Source: an uncultured virus (IMG/VR IMGVR_UViG_3300003617_000006) (taxonomy: Duplodnaviria; Heunggongvirae; Uroviricota; Caudoviricetes). From it: a stretch of 20,000 nucleotides of DNA. Positions 15,334-20,000 of the stretch are shown piece by piece (within the stretch, counting starts at the first letter, position 1; every line of letters begins with the position of its first letter). The notes below the pieces were generated by a model. That model made no database searches. It saw only the letters and a program-made list of their open reading frames with translations, and was not told the origin of the DNA. The stretch lies in the IMG/VR virus record IMGVR_UViG_3300003617_000006, one strand, 5' to 3'. The translations under genes and the position numbers were made by a program.

Positions 15334-16970
15334 TAAAATTCTATTTCTATTCTATCATAATCATTATCCATATATTCATCGAATGTCAAACCTCTGGATA
15401 GTCTCTTATAATTTCTTTTATCTTCACCCTCTAATATAGTATAACTGTCACTCTTAGTATTGTAAACTTTAACTTTAAAATCTGATAGCGATTTTTTCCT
15501 TACCAACTGTTTAATAATATTCTCAATATATTCTGCCGAGTCATACATAGACTCATCTATGTCTTTGTTGAATCTCATTCTTTTCTGAATACACTGACCC
15601 TTCATATTAAACTCCATTGTAATTCTTTCTTTACCCTTTCTAGCAGATACTATAATAGTGTTGAATTTATCGGCATAAGTCCTCACACAATTATGTTGGT
15701 AAATCGACTCTTCAATATAGTCCATATCATTTTCCAATAACTTATACTCTGTCCCATTAAAGTTTGTATTGATAGTCTCTTTAACCTCGTCATCAAAAAG
15801 ATAATAAATCTCTTCAGACTTCGCATACATCTGTATTCTTTGACTACACGAATAATGAACCTCTTTAAATTGTTCAATAGTAAATTCACCAAATTTTAAT
15901 TCAGGTTCAAAAGGTTTAAGGGAGTCCATTATTCTTAAATGGTCAATAATGATTCCAGTTAAATTAGTTCTTTGGTGCTCGTTAAACTTAACCGCAACCC
16001 CCTGTTGACTAACATATAAATTTATTAACTTAACAATGTTTTTTCTATCATTGTCAGTTAACCATTCATAATTTAACTCATTCCTTTGTTCTTCCCAATT
16101 GGTCAAATCTTTGTTATTCCCGTATAATCTTTTTTCTGATTTAAAAAACTCTCTATCTATGGTTTTGAAGTATTTAATCCCTAATATCTGTAAATAGTCA
16201 ACCATAATCGACACATCAGGCAATCCCTGATTAAAAACCTTATTGAAGTACTTACCCTTAAAATTCAATTTACTCATTAAAGACTTTACGATATTCCCAT
16301 CGTTCTTCTTCATCGCCACTTTACCAGGGTAATACTTAAGGAAATAATTATATATGTTGTTCGGTCCTTTATAACCGTTTCTTTTTACAAAAACATCAAT
16401 AAGTGAGTAATGGATTGGATACTTATACTCAACGTCATCATCTAACTCAGATAGGAAAGCCTTAAATATGCTATTAATCTCAACTCCGTTTATATTGAAT
16501 CTTTTAATCTCATTATTAAACGTACTACTCAACATCTCAAAATTATTAACGTATATCTTACTACGTTCTCGATTATATAAAGATTTTTCTTTCTCTATGA
16601 TGTAAAAATTATTCGTCCTCTTATTATATGTTAAAAATATTCGATAATATGTCTTTGAAAAGAATTTTTTACCTACCTTTCTATGTTTGTTGTATTCGTA
16701 AAGACCAATCCTTACTTTATCTCCCTCAGTCTCAACAACCACAGTTTTTCGATAACAGTCTAACTCCGCTAATCCATTTGAGTAATTATCCACAAAGGAT
16801 TCCTCAGTATGTTCCGAGTTCTTAATTCTAAACCTATACTCACTCCCGTTTCTTTCAAATCGAGTCCTAGTGTATGCTCCACGCACAATGATATCATCGA
16901 GACTATTCTCCACCTCGTGAAATATAACATTGTATTCCTTAAATACTTCTTTGAGTATTACTCGTCTCAT
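15333..16970 (-). CDS. PcfJ-like domain protein (545 aa)
   Basis: C-terminal DH..M...H...LL....DY.EES..QHNCVRTY....I.S.R....RITMEF......Q.R.RFN signature of the PcfJ-like family, common in large phages. Confidence 0.7.
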   Translation of the reverse strand: MRRVILKEVFKEYNVIFHEVENSLDDIIVRGAYTRTRFERNGSEYRFRIKNSEHTEESFVDNYSNGLAELDCYRKTVVVETEGDKVRIGLYEYNKHRKVGKKFFSKTYYRIFLTYNKRTNNFYIIEKEKSLYNRERSKIYVNNFEMLSSTFNNEIKRFNINGVEINSIFKAFLSELDDDVEYKYPIHYSLIDVFVKRNGYKGPNNIYNYFLKYYPGKVAMKKNDGNIVKSLMSKLNFKGKYFNKVFNQGLPDVSIMVDYLQILGIKYFKTIDREFFKSEKRLYGNNKDLTNWEEQRNELNYEWLTDNDRKNIVKLINLYVSQQGVAVKFNEHQRTNLTGIIIDHLRIMDSLKPFEPELKFGEFTIEQFKEVHYSCSQRIQMYAKSEEIYYLFDDEVKETINTNFNGTEYKLLENDMDYIEESIYQHNCVRTYADKFNTIIVSARKGKERITMEFNMKGQCIQKRMRFNKDIDESMYDSAEYIENIIKQLVRKKSLSDFKVKVYNTKSDSYTILEGEDKRNYKRLSRGLTFDEYMDNDYDRIEIEF

Positions 16971-17003
16971 CTTAACTATTTTTATAATATTAACTAAAAT
17001 AAA

Positions 17004-17039
17004 AACAATAAAAAAGAGGACCGTAGTCCTCTTTTTTTT
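17004..17039 (-). terminator. Rho-independent terminator with C(UACG)G tetraloop, potentially bidirectional
   Basis: Plus strand AAAAAAGAGGAC-CGTA-GTCCTCTTTTTTTT is a perfect inverted repeat directly after the DUF932 stop. The minus-strand loop is UACG closed by C-G. Confidence 0.9.
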
Positions 17040-17850
17040 AACTGTAAATGTTTTGTGTTTGTGTGACGTAATTCTGTGTTACTTCCCAAAGAGCTTCGTT
17101 AATCTTTATCTTTAGGTCCACATTGGTAATTGCTCTTACCGTCTGTTTTCTTTTAGATGGTAACTCATATGTAATACCACCCTCTAAGATTCTGTTTTGG
17201 ATGTTTTTAAATGCGTCCCATAGACTTACATTCTCACCCTTCAAAGGTTTAAGTAATACCTGAGAAAGAATGTTTGGATAATCCTTACCCCAACGAGTCA
17301 TCATCGCCTTTAAGATATAGTTACGTTGTTCTTTAACTGTAATCTGAGTGTTTGATAAACTCTCAACCTGCTCAATCAATAATGGTAAGTGGTTAGTAAC
17401 CTTCTGAGCCACCTCTCTAACCTCATTTAATGTATACCATTGGTGTTTGATTCTTAAGTTATCGATTGTCTGATGAGACATAATGAAAGAAGTCCCCGAC
17501 TCATTATTATACAATCCAACGTGGAATTGAAACGCATTTCTACCGTCGTGTGAGTTAGTCAAAGTAATCTCAGGAATACATCCTTTGATAGACTCTAATT
17601 GGTCATTACGAAAACGTAGTAAGTGTTTTGTGAAGTTATTACGTACTTTAGTTCTTGCTGAACGTTGCTCTGCCGAATAAACTTTCCAACCTAACCCTGA
17701 CATATCCTCAATTACTTGAGTTGTTGGGATAAAGGTGTATTTATCCGATACGTGTCCCGAAGCCGAGTCAGCATAAACTGAAGGGGCTATTTCTCTGATT
17801 TCTGATTCTGTTAGTGGAATCGCTCTGTGGTATTTTAATAAGTCAGTCAT
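17038..17850 (-). CDS. DUF932/DUF945 family protein
   Basis: APSVYA......SDKYTFIPT..VI..M...GW, FTKHLLRFR, PEI.LTNSHDG..AFQF..GLY, SLWDAF..IQ..IL.GG and R.IT..D..IKIN.ALW. Confidence 0.85.
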   Translation of the reverse strand: MTDLLKYHRAIPLTESEIREIAPSVYADSASGHVSDKYTFIPTTQVIEDMSGLGWKVYSAEQRSARTKVRNNFTKHLLRFRNDQLESIKGCIPEITLTNSHDGRNAFQFHVGLYNNESGTSFIMSHQTIDNLRIKHQWYTLNEVREVAQKVTNHLPLLIEQVESLSNTQITVKEQRNYILKAMMTRWGKDYPNILSQVLLKPLKGENVSLWDAFKNIQNRILEGGITYELPSKRKQTVRAITNVDLKIKINEALWEVTQNYVTQTQNIYS

Positions 17851-17874
17851 ATCTTTGTTTTTTTATTTCTTATA

Positions 17875-17907
17875 CAAATATACAATATTTTTTCTTTGTA
17901 GTCCAAA
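17875..17907 (-). promoter_or_regulatory. Bacteroidota sigma-A type promoter (-33 TTTG, 21-nt spacer, -7 TATATTTG)
   Basis: TTTG at 17907-17904 and TATATTTG at 17882-17875, 24 nt upstream of the DUF932 ATG. Matches the TTTG-N19-21-TAnnTTTG consensus. Confidence 0.75.
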
Positions 17908-17909
17908 CT

Positions 17910-19304
17910 TTATTGTAGAAACTTTCCAAAATATCTTTTATTTGTCACAAACATGAAATGATTAAGTGAACGTATATGATTACACAGTACAACAAAATGG
18001 TCGTTACCGTAACTCTCATCTTTAGTCCTCACATATAACTCTAAGTACTTATTTGATGTAATTGTTTCGTAGTCAAACATAATAACACCTCTCACAAATG
18101 GTACGTTAAAGGTACCCACTTTTTCATAGTCTCTGTATTTGAAGTAATTATCGTGGTCCCTAAAATAACCGTACTCATCAACACCACACCAGAAGTTAGA
18201 TTCTAAACTCTGCTCCGTGTTCAACATTGGAGCAACAATACTTTTATTCTCTCCTAATAATATTTGAATGGTATCGTGGTTTTTAACGTAGTAATTAGAA
18301 TCCATCACTAATACATTACTTACCTTATAGTTTCTAACGGCAAAAATAGCACGGTCTCTTAAGACGAACGTACTCTCCCCTTCTAAATAATGATAATCAG
18401 TACTATTATATTGTTCCCCATACTTCTTAATGAAGTTAGTTATCTCCCAATGATTTCTAATACTGTTGTTAATCACATATAAGTCAATTAACGACTTATC
18501 GTAAGTAAGGTAACCAATACTATCCATTATTACTGATGGGTTTGAGTGGTCCTCGTCAAAGATTACCTGAACTAAAACCTTATCTTTACCCGAAACCTCT
18601 ATCGTATAATTAATTGGTTGATTCATATCGTTATATAACGTATTTAAGAAAGTTCTAACAGAAACCCCTCCGTTTGCGTGTATTACGGTTGGGTGAGTAT
18701 CTGTAATAATATTATGAACGTAACCATCATTTATCTCAACATCCTCTGTTGATTCATTAAGTGTTTGGAATATATCTAAGTTATAATCTAACTTTATCCC
18801 TTCACCGTTTAAAAATTTAAGAGTGTAGTATAGTTGGTCATCATCAGTATTCTCACACGGAGTCTCCGTTAATACCTTAAGGTCTGACACACGACCAATA
18901 AACCCACCACTATTTAAAAATCTGTATTCCGTTTTTGAGTTAGGGTATTTTTCAATTAGATTCGTATCGGGCCAGCAAGTTTTCTCAGCAGTGAACAATA
19001 CACCTTCTCCGTCCCAATTTTTCAATACGTCTTTAGGTCCTCCCGAAAACACCACATCATACGAATCAGTGAAAAGAATAATGGTATCATCGTCCTGAGT
19101 GGTTAAGTATTCTTTAAGTAAGTTAACCTTCATTCCCCCACCAGGAAACACTAATCTACCGTTAACGGCCTCTCCACCACTCCATTCCATACCCAAACCT
19201 AATATTTGGTAATCGAATCCGTAATGAGTCGCAGATTCTTTGAATCTGTTTAGCTCATCGGTTTTATGTGTAGCAACCGTAACTAATTTTATCGTTTCAC
19301 TCAT
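17910..19304 (-). CDS. PLOD/LH3-like glycosyltransferase (GT + accessory domains, no lysyl-hydroxylase domain)
   Basis: LVTVAT...RF..SA..Y....LGLG.EW.GG, GGG.KV.LLK, ILFTDSYDV, LF.AE..CWPD, RFLNSGGFIG, DDDQLYYT, IFQ.LN and IH.NG. Second domain has SNFW.......Y......Y......VG.FNVP and C...R....F..V.N...FG. Collinear with the first two domains of animal PLOD1-3 as recalled. Confidence 0.88.
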   Translation of the reverse strand: MSETIKLVTVATHKTDELNRFKESATHYGFDYQILGLGMEWSGGEAVNGRLVFPGGGMKVNLLKEYLTTQDDDTIILFTDSYDVVFSGGPKDVLKNWDGEGVLFTAEKTCWPDTNLIEKYPNSKTEYRFLNSGGFIGRVSDLKVLTETPCENTDDDQLYYTLKFLNGEGIKLDYNLDIFQTLNESTEDVEINDGYVHNIITDTHPTVIHANGGVSVRTFLNTLYNDMNQPINYTIEVSGKDKVLVQVIFDEDHSNPSVIMDSIGYLTYDKSLIDLYVINNSIRNHWEITNFIKKYGEQYNSTDYHYLEGESTFVLRDRAIFAVRNYKVSNVLVMDSNYYVKNHDTIQILLGENKSIVAPMLNTEQSLESNFWCGVDEYGYFRDHDNYFKYRDYEKVGTFNVPFVRGVIMFDYETITSNKYLELYVRTKDESYGNDHFVVLCNHIRSLNHFMFVTNKRYFGKFLQ

Positions 19305-19313
19305 ATTCTATTT

Positions 19314-19326
19314 TTATACAAATATA
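19314..19326 (-). promoter_or_regulatory. Bacteroidota-type -7 element TATATTTG(TATAA)
   Basis: The same 13-mer TATATTTGTATAA as at 17870-17882, just upstream of the glycosyltransferase ATG. No -33 element at canonical spacing. Confidence 0.6.
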
Positions 19327-19351
19327 AAAAAAGTATGAGACAAAAAAAAGT

Positions 19352-19618
19352 CTAATTTAAAAAAATCGGTGGAAACCCTTCCATTTCGAAAATTGGGGCC
19401 GATGTATCGGGTAGTAAATTCGTCCTAACATCCTCATACTGTCCCTTAGTAAGTTGTGGGTCCTTACCCTCAGATACATTAATATCCGACAGTCTCTCAA
19501 CCTCATCCATAAAGGTATCTATCGACACCCCATTTGGTAGGAACAATTTTTTAGCATCATCAGAAGTATTCAGATACTTCCTTAAGTTTTTAAGATAAAC
19601 TTCTTTATCTACACTCAT
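19352..19618 (-). CDS. Hypothetical protein (88 aa)
   Basis: ATG-initiated ORF filling the gap between co-oriented genes. Confidence 0.75.
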   Translation of the reverse strand: MSVDKEVYLKNLRKYLNTSDDAKKLFLPNGVSIDTFMDEVERLSDINVSEGKDPQLTKGQYEDVRTNLLPDTSAPIFEMEGFPPIFLN

Positions 19619-19628
19619 TACCTATGTT

Positions 19629-20000
19629 TTATGTTGCTGGAACTAAAAGGAANCCTCTTTTTTCGATTGGGACACTATCGTCATTGTTTTTGTANTCAAT
19701 AGCATCTAAAATTTCTTGGTCTAATTCTGTNACCCCTGAACCTTTAAGCATAAGTGCCGATAAGTTACCATTCCTAATTAAATTAGCCACTGATTTTGGT
19801 AATTTAGTTAACTTTTTACTCTCAGGTACCGCAAGGATATTAAGATTTGTCAACTCACCAATACTCTCAGGTAATTGACTAACACATCCAGACAGTAATA
19901 AGTGACTTAGTTTTTTAAATCTACCAAATGACTCAGGTAATACTAAATCATCTAACGGTTCAACATTATCTCTACCATATCTAGAACTAGTCGAACTCTC
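19629..20000 (-). CDS. Leucine-rich-repeat protein, C-terminal part (5' end outside the window)
   Basis: Frame is open to base 20000: ...LVLPESFGRFKKLSHLLLSGCVSQLPESIGELTNLNILAVPESKKLTKLPKSVANL...LSALMLKGSGVTEL... The 74-aa ORF in the track is only its tail. Confidence 0.85.
   Translation of the reverse strand, partial: ESSTSSRYGRDNVEPLDDLVLPESFGRFKKLSHLLLSGCVSQLPESIGELTNLNILAVPESKKLTKLPKSVANLIRNGNLSALMLKGSGXTELDQEILDAIXYKNNDDSVPIEKRXFLLVPAT

Noticed and set aside
11812..19878. Short ORFs overlapping ppk2, trxA, the PcfJ-like gene, DUF932 and the LRR gene (e.g. 11812, 12164, 12709, 14448, 15683, 16628, 16809, 16930, 19624)
   Set aside because: They lie within or across well-supported genes on another frame or strand and have no recognisable features.
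1..20000. Stop-codon reassignment as in Lak or some crAss-like phages
   Set aside because: Genes are full length in code 11, and TAA, TAG (13583, 19352) and TGA (14113) all occur as stops at sensible gene ends.
17910..20000. Giant eukaryotic virus (NCLDV) or eukaryotic origin suggested by the PLOD-like and LRR genes
   Set aside because: Bacteroidota-type promoters, intrinsic terminators, overlapping coupled genes, PPK2, DUF932, PcfJ-like and tail-fibre motifs favour a bacteriophage. This is not formally excluded without hallmark genes.

Overview
AT-rich, gene-dense segment, almost all on the minus strand, most consistent with a large (jumbo-type) tailed phage of a Bacteroidota host. Support: TAnnTTTG-type promoters, A-rich leaders without Shine-Dalgarno sites, intrinsic terminators, tail-fibre motifs and the standard genetic code. 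Scattered N bases suggest a metagenomic consensus. Bases 1-10109 hold five paralogous, mosaic fibre-like structural genes built from 18-residue coiled-coil repeats, 'APxxxDTLxE' motifs, beta-hairpin repeats and shared N-/C-terminal caps. The largest (<1..2852, >950 aa) is missing from the ORF track. Bases 10193-20000 are an accessory region. It opens with a divergent two-gene unit: a full-length MetK (SAM synthetase) homologue lacking its catalytic motifs, plus an HPD J-domain protein. It continues with a PPK2 carrying long [ILV]xE-rich extensions, a hypothetical protein, glutaredoxin, thioredoxin, a signal-peptide-bearing non-specific nuclease, a PcfJ-like protein, a DUF932 protein, a PLOD/LH3-like glycosyltransferase without the hydroxylase domain, a small hypothetical and a truncated leucine-rich-repeat gene. 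Best candidates for new biology: the pseudo-MetK/J-domain pair (possible SAM-depleting anti-defence decoy), a possibly virion-packaged PPK2, and the PLOD-like glycosyltransferase. All family assignments come from motif recognition by eye, not database searches.
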